Shown here: piece after piece, positions 48,345 to 57,912 of the stretch
How the letters are laid out: each line of letters opens with the position of its first letter
Numbering within the stretch: the stretch's first letter is position 1
Origin: an uncultured Candidatus Saccharibacteria bacterium
GTDB taxonomy: Bacteria > Patescibacteriota > Minisyncoccia > Phycocordibacterales > CAIRYW01
Direction of reading: 5' to 3'
Length of the DNA: 64,000 nucleotides
Assembly (NCBI GenBank): GCA_964446625.1
Contig: CAYUPH010000003.1
Span: forward strand, 64,192-128,191
Translations under genes and position numbers: made by a program
Notes under the pieces: generated by a model
The model's input: only the letters and a program-made list of their open reading frames with translations
Told to the model about the DNA's origin: nothing
Databases searched by the model: none

Positions 48345-49059
48345 AGCGGGGAGAAAATATTTCCGGTCCGTGCCCTCCTTTTTTCACAAATATACTTTTT
48401 ATTTTTTCCCCTGCTACAAAATCTCGAACTGACTCGAGAGAAATCACATCATCATCTTCTGCGTGAATAATGAGCACCTTTTTAGTATCAATTTTTTCTA
48501 AGCCTGTCGCTGGGTTATAAAAGAAGCCTTCTTTAATTTTTTTCCAACCCCCTTTCACGATTCTGTACCCTTCTCCAAAAGCCTCGCTAACAAAGCGACT
48601 CAAAACCGGAATCGGCTCTACAGTGTCGTCCATTGTTCTCCAATCTACAACAGGCGAAAGAGCAAGGACTTTCTTTACTTCCTTTATTGTTGAACTAAAA
48701 AGAGCTGCTGGACCTCCAAAACTAACTCCGTAGACAAAAACTTGTGGAGAAGTAATTTTGAAAGTTTTTCCACCCCATAACTCTTTAAATTCGTTTTGAA
48801 TTCCTTCTATGACATCTACCACATCAAAGCAAGGACACTTCTCAAAAAGTTTTCCCTCGCTTTCCCAAGTTCCGCGATACCTCGGGATAAAAATATAATA
48901 ACCACGCAGAGTGAACTCACGGACGATCTTTTCATATTTTAATTTGTGTGGGTACCCAGGGAGTCCGCTTAAAATAAGCAGAACCTTCTTGGACTTAAGG
49001 TTTTTTGGTACTGCAAATTCTGTGACAATTCCCTTAAACTTTGTTCTGTAGAGGTACAT
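48313..49059 (-). CDS. alpha/beta hydrolase (dienelactone hydrolase/S9-like)
   Basis: nucleophile elbow GVSFGG, conserved His/Asp downstream. Confidence 0.65.
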   Translation of the reverse strand: MYLYRTKFKGIVTEFAVPKNLKSKKVLLILSGLPGYPHKLKYEKIVREFTLRGYYIFIPRYRGTWESEGKLFEKCPCFDVVDVIEGIQNEFKELWGGKTFKITSPQVFVYGVSFGGPAALFSSTIKEVKKVLALSPVVDWRTMDDTVEPIPVLSRFVSEAFGEGYRIVKGGWKKIKEGFFYNPATGLEKIDTKKVLIIHAEDDDVISLESVRDFVAGEKIKSIFVKKGGHGPEIFSPRFKQTVLKFLS

Positions 49060-49060
49060 A

Positions 49061-50287
49061 CTACTTATTCATAGCCTCAACTACTCTTTGAATAGCAAGC
49101 ATGTACGCCGCCTTTCGTACGGACACATTTTTTTCTTGCTTTAGAGCCCAGATTGAATCGAAAGCTTTTCCTATTTTCTCAGTAAGCTTTGCAAGCACAT
49201 CATCTCGAGTCCACTTCTGCTTTTCCATATTTTGAAGCCATTCAAAGTATGACACGGTTACTCCTCCACTGTTTGAAAGAATGTCTGGAATAGAAATAAT
49301 TCCTTTTCTTTCTAAAATAGCATCAGCTTCTGGGGTGACAGGACCGTTTGCCATTTCTATGATGCACTTTGCAGCGATTTTTTCTGCATTTGCTTCTGTA
49401 ATCACATTTTCAAGTGCAGAAGGTACAAGAACATCTACTGGAAGAAGGAGTAAATCTTCGTTTGAAATAAAACTTGCCCCAGGAAAACTTGCAAGAGTTT
49501 TATTTTTTTCTTTATACTCAATAACTTCTTTTACACTGAGTCCTTCAGGATTATAAATTCCTCCTTTTGAGTCAGAGAGTGCCACTACTTTGTAACCACT
49601 TTTCTCTGCAAAAAGCGCAAAAAACTGTCCAACATTTCCAATTCCTTGAACTGCAATTTTTGTTCCTGTCGCTTCCATGCCAAGGGCTTTTGAGAGAGAC
49701 TCAAGAACCTTAACTCCCCCGTATCCTGTTGCTTCTGCTCGCCCTTCTGATCCTCCACCTCCAATTGTTTTACCTGTAAAGACCGCCTCTACACGCTTTC
49801 CATTTACTTTTGCGTATTCGTCCACCATAATGTCCATAATCTCTGCTGTTGTGTACATGTCAGGAGCAGGAACATCTTTGTTTTCACCAATACAGTCTGC
49901 AATCGAGCGCACAAAAGAGCGAGAAAGATTTTCTATTTCAGTTTTTGAGAGAACTCTTGTATCGACAATTACTCCTCCCTTTCCTCCACCAAAAGGAATG
50001 TCGGCTACCGCGCATTTCCATGTCATCCAACTTGAAAGCGCCTTTACTTCACTTAAATTAACTTCAGGAGAAAAGCGAAGCCCTCCTTTGTATGGACCAC
50101 GCGCATTGTTGTGCTGACTTCGAAAGCCAGTAAAACTTTTTATTTCACCACTGTCCATTTTGACTGGAAAATGCACTTCAATTACTCGCTCCGGCGTCGA
50201 GATTCGCTTCATCATCCCTGCAGAAAGTCCAAGGGCATCTGCGGCATCTGTTACTTGTTTAATCGAGTTTTGAAATGGGTCGTTCAT
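49061..50287 (-). CDS. gdh: Glu/Leu/Phe/Val-family glutamate dehydrogenase
   Basis: GPYKGGLRFSP ... IPFGGGKGG active-site motifs. Confidence 0.9.
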   Translation of the reverse strand: MNDPFQNSIKQVTDAADALGLSAGMMKRISTPERVIEVHFPVKMDSGEIKSFTGFRSQHNNARGPYKGGLRFSPEVNLSEVKALSSWMTWKCAVADIPFGGGKGGVIVDTRVLSKTEIENLSRSFVRSIADCIGENKDVPAPDMYTTAEIMDIMVDEYAKVNGKRVEAVFTGKTIGGGGSEGRAEATGYGGVKVLESLSKALGMEATGTKIAVQGIGNVGQFFALFAEKSGYKVVALSDSKGGIYNPEGLSVKEVIEYKEKNKTLASFPGASFISNEDLLLLPVDVLVPSALENVITEANAEKIAAKCIIEMANGPVTPEADAILERKGIISIPDILSNSGGVTVSYFEWLQNMEKQKWTRDDVLAKLTEKIGKAFDSIWALKQEKNVSVRKAAYMLAIQRVVEAMNK

Positions 50288-50360
50288 AAAAATATGTTAG
50301 TTTGTATACACCTATTATACCGCATTTTAAAAATGCTTGGGAAATAAAAAAGGAAGCTAT

Positions 50361-50858
50361 TTAGGCTTCCTTGGCGTGCATTAAAAGGATTTCCCCGTAG
50401 AAATCTCTCGTGGTGGAAATTCTTCCCCTCGACAAGATAGCAAACTGACCTGTTTCCATTGTCCATTTACCACCTACTTTCTTTAGGAAAACTTGGAAAG
50501 ATTGACCTTCTCCGAGTAGAAGAACTCCTTTTATTAGCTTGTAGCCCGCGCCATTTAACAAGGCGCAAACTTCACGGGCAAGGGCTTCAAGTTTATATTT
50601 TACTTCTTCTCGAGACATTGTTTTGTCCCAAGAAGCAAAAATACAACCACACTCTCCTTTTACCTTAAATCCGATGAAAACTTTTTGAACAAGCTCGGAA
50701 ATTTCTGACCTTACCTTTTTAAAAGACTTTCCTCGGATATGAACCCGAATTTCCATACTCGCAAAACTATACCTCAAAAATATTTTTTGGCAATAAAAAA
50801 AGAGAAGGAGGAGACCTTCTCTAAAATGGAAACGGCAAGGGCTCACGACCTTGAGCAA
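50361..50858 (-). CDS. hypothetical protein
   Basis: Intact ORF; probable start at internal MEIRVHIRG (~50756); no family recognised. Confidence 0.35.
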   Translation of the reverse strand: MLKVVSPCRFHFREGLLLLFFYCQKIFLRYSFASMEIRVHIRGKSFKKVRSEISELVQKVFIGFKVKGECGCIFASWDKTMSREEVKYKLEALAREVCALLNGAGYKLIKGVLLLGEGQSFQVFLKKVGGKWTMETGQFAILSRGRISTTRDFYGEILLMHAKEA

Positions 50859-50859
50859 T

Positions 50860-51213
50860 CAACCAGGCATTAAACCCGGCGTATGTAGTGAAATAACACC
50901 AGAAACTGTCGAATTCAAGTCTTACTCGGTGGGCCTCTCTGAGGTAGTTTTGAGTGAAAGTCTTTCCCTCCCAGAGGTGAAATTGACTGCGTATGATGTA
51001 GCCAACATCCTGGTTCCGACATCCGAGGCGAATTTGTCCGACCCACTTAAGACAACCATCCTGATTATGAATCCCGGGAAATGGGGTGCCTAGCGACTCA
51101 ACAACGCCTGGCTCTAAGTCCGTTATTTGGTGCGCATCGCACCCATAAAAGGAGAATGAAAAGATCATAACTCTTTTACTCTACACCCGACACATACTTT
51201 TTTCAAAGTGGAA
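50860..51213. other. GC-rich ~350-nt intergenic segment (possible ncRNA or unannotated small gene)
   Basis: Locally elevated GC, perfect hairpin ggtgcg-cat-cgcacc, short ORFs in both strands of doubtful coding quality. Confidence 0.25.
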
Positions 51214-52290
51214 TTACTTCACCACTTCGAGAAGCTCAGGTGTATTTCCACCCTCTGCAATATCAAAACGAATTCGCCCAAGCACTCTTCCATTTGCTGT
51301 TTTGGTGTCTACTCTCCAAAGCCCCGGCTTTGGCGTACTGTAAAATGAATATATTCGATATCCGTCTTCCCTACCACCAACAAGTGTCGTTTCTATTTTT
51401 GCCTTACTTACCCAACCTTCTTCAGCATCTTTGTACTGCCAATCGTGAATAATCTTTGTATTGAGATTTAAAGGCGAATAGACTGATGTAAATACATAAG
51501 GGTAGTCAGAACTACTCTCTGCGGTAAACACTTTCTTAAACGACAAAATGTCTTCTATGGTTCGCTTTTCTTCAAAACCAACATAGTTTCCTCCTTTTCT
51601 CTCAAAATGATGGTAAATACCCGAGTCTTTTACATAGAGTGGAAGCGGAGGAATAAACCCAAATAGATACATGATGTTTATAACAGCAAAAGCTCCCCAA
51701 ATTGCGAGCGAGGCGTGGAGCTTCTCTTTTTGATCTGCGTGCTTTGCAACAGAAAAAAGTAATCTTCCAAAGAGTGTAATGATCACAATTGAGAGGATAC
51801 CACTTAAAACAAATACTCCTCCTGAAATGCTTTTAAAAACAACCGGCAGAGCAAAAATGAGAAACGCAAATATGCTTATATAAAAGACGACGAGCTGAAA
51901 AATCCGTGCTTTGTACTTTGATTTAAGGAATTCGTTTGCAAGCATAAGGAAACAAAGAAGGAGAAGAAACGGAAAACTTGCTTCGAGCGAAGAACCTCTT
52001 CCGTAGAAAACCAGGAAACCACTAAAGAGTCCTCCTGCAGCAAATTGGAGTGCGAAAAAAGAAAAAAAGTGAAGTGCCTCTCTTTGTCTCATATACGGCT
52101 CTCTCTCGATGTAATTAAGAAGAAGAAGTGAAATAGCTGTGATAACAATATAAGAAACAAATACAAGATTTTCAGCAAGAAAATCAACTCTGCGAAGTGT
52201 TAGATTATCGATCAGAAAACCAAGAAGAAGCGCTACTCTTGAAAAGCTATTTTCGTATTTTAGGTAAAATGTTCGCAGTGCTCTAAGCAT
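51214..52290 (-). CDS. polytopic membrane protein with C-terminal soluble domain
   Basis: ~8 TM helices followed by ~150-aa domain (…YSFYSTPKPGLWRVD…). Confidence 0.55.
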   Translation of the reverse strand: MLRALRTFYLKYENSFSRVALLLGFLIDNLTLRRVDFLAENLVFVSYIVITAISLLLLNYIEREPYMRQREALHFFSFFALQFAAGGLFSGFLVFYGRGSSLEASFPFLLLLCFLMLANEFLKSKYKARIFQLVVFYISIFAFLIFALPVVFKSISGGVFVLSGILSIVIITLFGRLLFSVAKHADQKEKLHASLAIWGAFAVINIMYLFGFIPPLPLYVKDSGIYHHFERKGGNYVGFEEKRTIEDILSFKKVFTAESSSDYPYVFTSVYSPLNLNTKIIHDWQYKDAEEGWVSKAKIETTLVGGREDGYRIYSFYSTPKPGLWRVDTKTANGRVLGRIRFDIAEGGNTPELLEVVK

Positions 52291-52294
52291 GGTT

Positions 52295-52831
52295 TTATTT
52301 TACCTCACAAACACCGTTCTTTTCTACAAGCCGAAGGTTGTACCAAAGAGAGAACCCAAGGAGGAGAACTGCTAAAATATCTACTTCAAGCCCTTTTAGA
52401 GGAAGTCTCGCGAGTAGTGCTCCTCCGCCTATTCCCGCAAAAACGAAGCCGAGCGCAATGTTACCACATGCAAAGCACCCTGCTCCGAATGCGCTTCCGA
52501 GGCCTCCTATAATTCCGGAGAGAGCGCTCCTTTTGCTTCCATAGTTTCTTCTATAAATATAAACACTTGTTGCAACAGATAGAGACAAAAGAATAGCAAG
52601 AACAAAGGAAAGAAAAACGGAAAAAGCCGGATATGAGACAGTAAAGGAAATGACGGATGTAAAAAGAAACTTTATTTTCTGCAAAAAGGTAAACCCCGGA
52701 AAACTAAAAAGAGTTCTAATCGTCTGCAGTGAGGGCACTAGAGCAAACAAAGAGTAAGAGAAAACAAAACACAAAACGACAATACTTTTGTACTGTCGTT
52801 TTGCAAAAATTGTTTTGAGGGAATTCCTCAT
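52295..52831 (-). CDS. membrane protein with conserved CxxC (GAGCFACG), candidate thiol-disulfide redox partner
   Basis: 5 hydrophobic helices, CFAC in helix, adjacent to DsbA-like gene. Confidence 0.45.
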   Translation of the reverse strand: MRNSLKTIFAKRQYKSIVVLCFVFSYSLFALVPSLQTIRTLFSFPGFTFLQKIKFLFTSVISFTVSYPAFSVFLSFVLAILLSLSVATSVYIYRRNYGSKRSALSGIIGGLGSAFGAGCFACGNIALGFVFAGIGGGALLARLPLKGLEVDILAVLLLGFSLWYNLRLVEKNGVCEVK

Positions 52832-52839
52832 TTGGAAAA

Positions 52840-53565
52840 CTATTTAGAAAGGGCTTCTATAACAGCAGAAACATATTCGTAGTCCTGAGCACCATTTACT
52901 GGAATCTTATCCCCTTTTGCATTCACCACAATACTCCATGGTGTCCCATTTCCTCCTGTTTCAAAGGCGTTGTTGAGGTCAGTAGTCACCTTTGAAGCAA
53001 ATTTTCCTGAAGACAGACATGCACTAAACACTTTTTCATCCACGCCAACTTTTTTTGCTATTTCTGGAAGTTTTGCTGGATCGAGTCCATTGTTCATTGG
53101 TGAAGTTGCAAAAACTTCATCAACAAAAGCAAAAAACTTTTCGTTTCCTCCTTGTTCATATACACACTCAGCTGCTTCTGCTTCTTTTGGAGCTCTTGAG
53201 TGAAGTTGCGCCAGTGGAAAATGTCGATACACAATCGCTGCTTTTCCTGATTTAACAAAGTTCTCCTTTACCTGTGCGAGCGCGTCGATATGGAATCTTT
53301 TGCAGAAAGGACACTCTAGGTCTGTATAGACAACAATCTTAACTGGTGCATTTGGGTTTCCTTGTATATGATCAGCTTTTACATCAACTGGTCGCATCTT
53401 ATCCAGTTTTTCCTGTGACACTTCTTCTTCCTGTCCTGAAGGTGCTGCGGCAGGTTGTTTTGAGCCACTAAAGAAAATTGCAATCGCCACAAGGAGTCCT
53501 GCTGCAACAATTGCTAGAGGAATCGCGAGAGGACTTTGGTTTTTTTGTTCCATATCTTTCTCCAT
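52840..53565 (-). CDS. DsbA-like thioredoxin-fold thiol:disulfide oxidoreductase, membrane anchored
   Basis: N-terminal TM, active site YTDLECPFCKRFH. Confidence 0.8.
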   Translation of the reverse strand: MEKDMEQKNQSPLAIPLAIVAAGLLVAIAIFFSGSKQPAAAPSGQEEEVSQEKLDKMRPVDVKADHIQGNPNAPVKIVVYTDLECPFCKRFHIDALAQVKENFVKSGKAAIVYRHFPLAQLHSRAPKEAEAAECVYEQGGNEKFFAFVDEVFATSPMNNGLDPAKLPEIAKKVGVDEKVFSACLSSGKFASKVTTDLNNAFETGGNGTPWSIVVNAKGDKIPVNGAQDYEYVSAVIEALSK

Positions 53566-53612
53566 ATTTGTTTAATGATATTTTGTAATTATACCAACAG
53601 TTGTACAAAATC

Positions 53613-53636
53613 AAAACGCCCCGCGAGGGGCGTTTT
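53613..53636 (-). terminator. Rho-independent terminator after lipase-like gene
   Basis: aaaacgcccc-gcga-ggggcgtttt perfect hairpin with flanking A/T runs (bidirectional form). Confidence 0.65.
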
Positions 53637-53639
53637 GAT

Positions 53640-54404
53640 TTAATTAGCTGAACATTTTTTTGCCTCAGCGATTCTATCTTCGATTTTCTTTAGAATTTTA
53701 TCAGCATTATTTCTGTTTGGATCCTCAGCTGGATTATGGGGCGTTCCATCTTCCAAGTCACTTGCTGTTCCGTTTGTCCAAACCAGACCATCATCGTTGG
53801 TAAGTTTAGCAGCACACATAGCCTGGTTAATTTTTCTCCACTGATTTCCAATATTATCAAAGTCAGCAAATGGAATAGGTGGGATTGGCCATACAACAGA
53901 CAAACATTTGCTTCCTTTATCAATTGGCGGATCAAGCGCAAGAAAGTCTACACAGTATCCCTGCTTTTTCATTTCCTCAACCACAGTCTTAACAGTTGAT
54001 CCTGCTGAAAAACCAATAACAAGAATACTTTGCTTATCTTTTCCTTTCTCTCTTATTTGCTTTTCAAGTTCTTTTTTTGCTTTTTCTATATCTCCCGGCC
54101 AATGGCGTTCGTCTGATAATGGTATTGCAGAATAATTGCCATTTGGGACATGTGAAAGCTCTTTAATCTTTTTCTCCATAGCATCATCCTTTTGAGAATA
54201 CAAACCTCCTACAAAAATGATTTTTTTAGGTGGACAAATACATTTTTCATAAGGATTAGAGACAGTTTGTGCTTTTCTTGCAGTGGCAAGAAGATTGCTA
54301 ATTGTAATATCCCTCAACTTTATCCCGTTTGAGGAAGCACGCAGAAAAACTAAAGCAAGTACTATTGTTACAATAAGAACTCCAACCAAAATCTTTTGTC
54401 TCAT
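53640..54404 (-). CDS. membrane-anchored alpha/beta hydrolase (lipase/esterase-like)
   Basis: N-terminal TM, GxSxG elbow VIGFSAGS. Confidence 0.55.
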   Translation of the reverse strand: MRQKILVGVLIVTIVLALVFLRASSNGIKLRDITISNLLATARKAQTVSNPYEKCICPPKKIIFVGGLYSQKDDAMEKKIKELSHVPNGNYSAIPLSDERHWPGDIEKAKKELEKQIREKGKDKQSILVIGFSAGSTVKTVVEEMKKQGYCVDFLALDPPIDKGSKCLSVVWPIPPIPFADFDNIGNQWRKINQAMCAAKLTNDDGLVWTNGTASDLEDGTPHNPAEDPNRNNADKILKKIEDRIAEAKKCSAN

Positions 54405-54454
54405 TTTCTTTTATCTAGAATAATATAAGATATAAACGACATATATAATGTTAT

Positions 54455-56971
54455 ATGAAGGAAAATACTCGTCAAGTGAATAAATGGGCATTTCTATGGG
54501 CTTTTCTGTTGCCTATTATCCTTGGAACTGGAATCTACTATTTCTTTTTTGAACGCCTCTATACCCCTATTTCTACCTATAACTGCGTTAGCTACGAACC
54601 ATCGGCTCTTGCACGAATTGGTAGTATTGAAGACGGAAAATTTAATCTGGATGAAGTAAAAAAAGACCTCAAACTACTAAAAACAAAAACAGGGTGTATT
54701 CGACTATATAAATCTAGTGGAGACTACACAAAAATCTCGCTTCTTGCAGGAGAAGTAGGCCTCAGAATTTCCCAAGGCATTTGGATAGAGCCAGACCTAA
54801 AAGAAAATCAAAAAGAAATTGCCGCTCTTCTCTCCCTTTTAAAAACAAACAAGTCGATTGACCTAGTGATTGTAGGAAACGAGACTCAGCTTTTTAATAT
54901 CATTCCTGAAAAGACTCTTATCGATTACATAAAACAAATTAGAGGAGAAACAAAGATTCCAATCACAACCGGAGAACCTGCCTATTTTTATATAGATAAT
55001 CCCTCTTTTACAAAATATGTTGATTACATTGGGATTCAAACATTTCCTTACTGGCAAGGTGTGTCGATAGAAGACTCCATAAGCTTCCTACAAGAACTTG
55101 TACAAAATGTAAAAAAAGAGTTTCCGCGAAAAAAAATCTATATTTTAGAAACTGGGTGGCCAAACATGGGACAAGTTAGAAACGACTCAAAAACAAGCCT
55201 TATGACACAAAGAAAATATTTTGACGAGGTTTCAAAATGGTTTCAAAAAGAAAAAATTCCCTACAACATCATTGAAGCATTTGATCAGAGCTGGAAAATT
55301 GAAAAAGGTGAAGGTATAAGTGGAGGGCACTGGGGACTCTGGGACAATAAACGAAATGATAAAGCGGATAAATACGTTCAAAATTCAAAAATATTTTTGA
55401 TCCTCTTTTTAGTGTTTAGCTTGCTCATAAATTTTTTGGCTGTTATATGGCGGAAAGGAAATTCTCTTTCATCTTTTATTTTTTACTTTATATTAAACAG
55501 TCTTTCATTGTCTGTGATCCTTTATACTACACTTGCACTCAAAAACTCTTACCTACTCCTCTCTACTTTTTCATGGATACTCTTTGCAACTTCTAATCTT
55601 TTTCTTGTTTCAATTATTTATATAGCGATGAATGAGGTTTTTTTTGGGGGCACATGTGACTTAGCTGTTTCAAAAAAAGATACATCTCTAAAGAAAAAAT
55701 CACTTCCCTTTGTCTCTATTCTCATTCCCACTTCAAACGAGAATCCAAAAATTGTTTTAGAAACAATACACTCGTGCCTCGCGCAAGACTTTCCTTACTT
55801 TGAGGTGATCGTTATTGATAACAACACTACAAAAGAAGAGCTATGGCTTCCACTTTCAAAGGTGCGTGACCAGAGGTACAAATTTTTCCATGAGGAAAAG
55901 CTCGCTGGTTTTAAGGCGGGAGCATTAAACTACGCTCTATTAAAACGAGACCCGGGGTCTATTTATACAGCATTTCTTGACGCAGACTACATTGTAGATA
56001 AAAACTGGCTTTCTGATGCAATCTTTCACCTTGCAGAAGATGAAAATAAAAATGTTGCAGCAGTACAGTATCCTCAAGCATATAGAAAAGTAAGCGGTTC
56101 CCTTCTTGAGCTCGGCGCAACTATTGAGCAGGATTTCTTTACCAAAGTTAATCTTCCAATTCGAAGCAATTCGAACTCTGTTTTGCTTCACGGTACAATG
56201 TCAGTCATAAAAAATGATTTTCTAAGAGTATGTGAAATACGAAGTTCTACAATTTGTGAAGACGCGGATCTTGGACTCCAAATTCTTTCTTTAGGCGGAA
56301 CAATCTTGTATTCATCTGAAATTTTAGGAAAAGGAATTGCGCCTCAAAGCTATGTCGAGCTAAAAACCCAAAGGTCGCGCTGGGTAATTGGTGCGATGCA
56401 AATAATTAAAAAGTTTCTTTTTGAAAAAGAATACAGTGGTCTAACAAAAGCACAAAAATTTTCATACTTAAAAGGTTGGCTTTTCTGGGTAGCCCATGTT
56501 TTCTACCCCGTGTTTATTGTTCTTAGTTTTTTCGGAAGTATGAGTATAATGCTCGACGAAATGTTCGTACTTCCTTTTGAATTAAACCTTATCTCCCTTC
56601 TCACTTTTTTTGTTATCATTGTGGTCTTTATTTTTATCGGTGTAAAAGATCTTCGGTACAGTGCAAAGCAAATTTTTGGAACCCTTCTTGTGGGAGCATC
56701 ACTCACACTTACAATCGCTGAAAGTGTGATGCTTGGATTTTTGTTTCGTAACCATTCATTCAAGAGGACTCGCTCTGATGCAGATAAAACAAACGAAAAA
56801 TACTACTACTTTTCAATTCTCATAATACTTATTGGAGAAATCTACTTTACACACCGAACTTACGGCTTTAAATACCTCGACACAACTGTGTGGATGCTTG
56901 CAGTTCTTGCACTTACAATCCCTATAGCAAGTACAAGTTACTTTCTCTACAAAGACGATAAAAAAGTTTAA
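54455..56971 (+). CDS. bifunctional GH17 beta-1,3-glucanase-like + GT2 processive glycosyltransferase (beta-glucan synthase-like)
   Basis: N-terminal GH17 motifs LVIVGNETQ and ILETGWPNMG; TM helices; GT2 core with DADY (DxD) and QRSRW (QxxRW). Confidence 0.8.
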   Translation: MKENTRQVNKWAFLWAFLLPIILGTGIYYFFFERLYTPISTYNCVSYEPSALARIGSIEDGKFNLDEVKKDLKLLKTKTGCIRLYKSSGDYTKISLLAGEVGLRISQGIWIEPDLKENQKEIAALLSLLKTNKSIDLVIVGNETQLFNIIPEKTLIDYIKQIRGETKIPITTGEPAYFYIDNPSFTKYVDYIGIQTFPYWQGVSIEDSISFLQELVQNVKKEFPRKKIYILETGWPNMGQVRNDSKTSLMTQRKYFDEVSKWFQKEKIPYNIIEAFDQSWKIEKGEGISGGHWGLWDNKRNDKADKYVQNSKIFLILFLVFSLLINFLAVIWRKGNSLSSFIFYFILNSLSLSVILYTTLALKNSYLLLSTFSWILFATSNLFLVSIIYIAMNEVFFGGTCDLAVSKKDTSLKKKSLPFVSILIPTSNENPKIVLETIHSCLAQDFPYFEVIVIDNNTTKEELWLPLSKVRDQRYKFFHEEKLAGFKAGALNYALLKRDPGSIYTAFLDADYIVDKNWLSDAIFHLAEDENKNVAAVQYPQAYRKVSGSLLELGATIEQDFFTKVNLPIRSNSNSVLLHGTMSVIKNDFLRVCEIRSSTICEDADLGLQILSLGGTILYSSEILGKGIAPQSYVELKTQRSRWVIGAMQIIKKFLFEKEYSGLTKAQKFSYLKGWLFWVAHVFYPVFIVLSFFGSMSIMLDEMFVLPFELNLISLLTFFVIIVVFIFIGVKDLRYSAKQIFGTLLVGASLTLTIAESVMLGFLFRNHSFKRTRSDADKTNEKYYYFSILIILIGEIYFTHRTYGFKYLDTTVWMLAVLALTIPIASTSYFLYKDDKKV

Positions 56972-57423
56972 GACTCTTTCTTTTCAAGTACGTTATAAAC
57001 CTTTGAAACAAGCCTTTCTATAGCTGAAAGCGCCATTATAAGGTGAAAAGCAAAAACTTCACCTGGAAAGAGGCAAGCACTGTAGACTGTGAGCATTGCA
57101 ATCCATACACCAAGGCACGAAGGGCACGAGAAAAGGTCCCTAAGAAAAAGAATTAACTTTCCCTTCTTCTTTTCCGGCAAATTTTCTCCTGAGACAATCT
57201 CCCGCACAGGCTCTGCAACTTTTTCAAAAACAAGAATGTCCGCCGTGCGATAAACTCCTAGTCCTAAAACGATTAAAATCAAGAAATCCAGGCTTCCAAT
57301 AAGCACATATACACGCTCACGAAGCAAGACTAGCGCCACAATGTTCACCCCCGCAAAAACCAGCATTCCCGCTAGGTTTCTTTCTTTTGCATTTTTCTTC
57401 ATGAACCAAAATATACAGCACAA
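56968..57423 (-). CDS. DUF1360-like small membrane protein
   Basis: 3 TM helices and CPSCLGVW motif (CPxCxxxW). Confidence 0.5.
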   Translation of the reverse strand: MCCIFWFMKKNAKERNLAGMLVFAGVNIVALVLLRERVYVLIGSLDFLILIVLGLGVYRTADILVFEKVAEPVREIVSGENLPEKKKGKLILFLRDLFSCPSCLGVWIAMLTVYSACLFPGEVFAFHLIMALSAIERLVSKVYNVLEKKES

Positions 57424-57482
57424 GGATTAGTAAAGCATTAAGGCTTGAGAAATATACCTATCCCAACTATACTAGCGTCAGT

Positions 57483-57899
57483 ATGAAGACAATCGCTTAT
57501 GTTGACCTTATGTTGATAATTATAAGGATTCTCGACCCTACCCAGCCTGATAGTGAGCACGGCGCGGAAGGATTTGTGATGGCATGGGGTAAACCTGAAG
57601 GACCATTAGATCCATCTGCTCAAGTGATTTACGTCTACCAAATGGTAAAAGGTGATTCGAATGTTCTGCGAGTTGAGGCGATTTTTGAGGGAGGAAGCGC
57701 TTATATGGATTTTTTCCAAGCTGATTTACCGGCCACAGGATATAGAATCAACCCTGTTGTTGGGGGCAAAAGCGACGACACCTCAAATTTGCCACCTTGG
57801 ATTAGCACAGCAAGTGCTACCGTCTTTTTTCAACCATCTATGGCGGCGCTTCTAGAGTTTGCAGGAGTCCAATCTTTCGAAGAGCTTACCGAGGGTTAA
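57483..57899 (+). CDS. hypothetical protein (138 aa)
   Basis: Intact ORF, somewhat GC-richer; no family recognised. Confidence 0.35.
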   Translation: MKTIAYVDLMLIIIRILDPTQPDSEHGAEGFVMAWGKPEGPLDPSAQVIYVYQMVKGDSNVLRVEAIFEGGSAYMDFFQADLPATGYRINPVVGGKSDDTSNLPPWISTASATVFFQPSMAALLEFAGVQSFEELTEG

Positions 57900-57912
57900 C
57901 TACCCTCTTTTT

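Noticed and set aside
50821-51168. Track ORFs 50821..51168(-) and 50851..51093(+) as genes
   Set aside because: Overlapping opposite-strand ORFs in a GC-rich spacer with weak coding character; kept only as an unexplained region rather than CDS calls.
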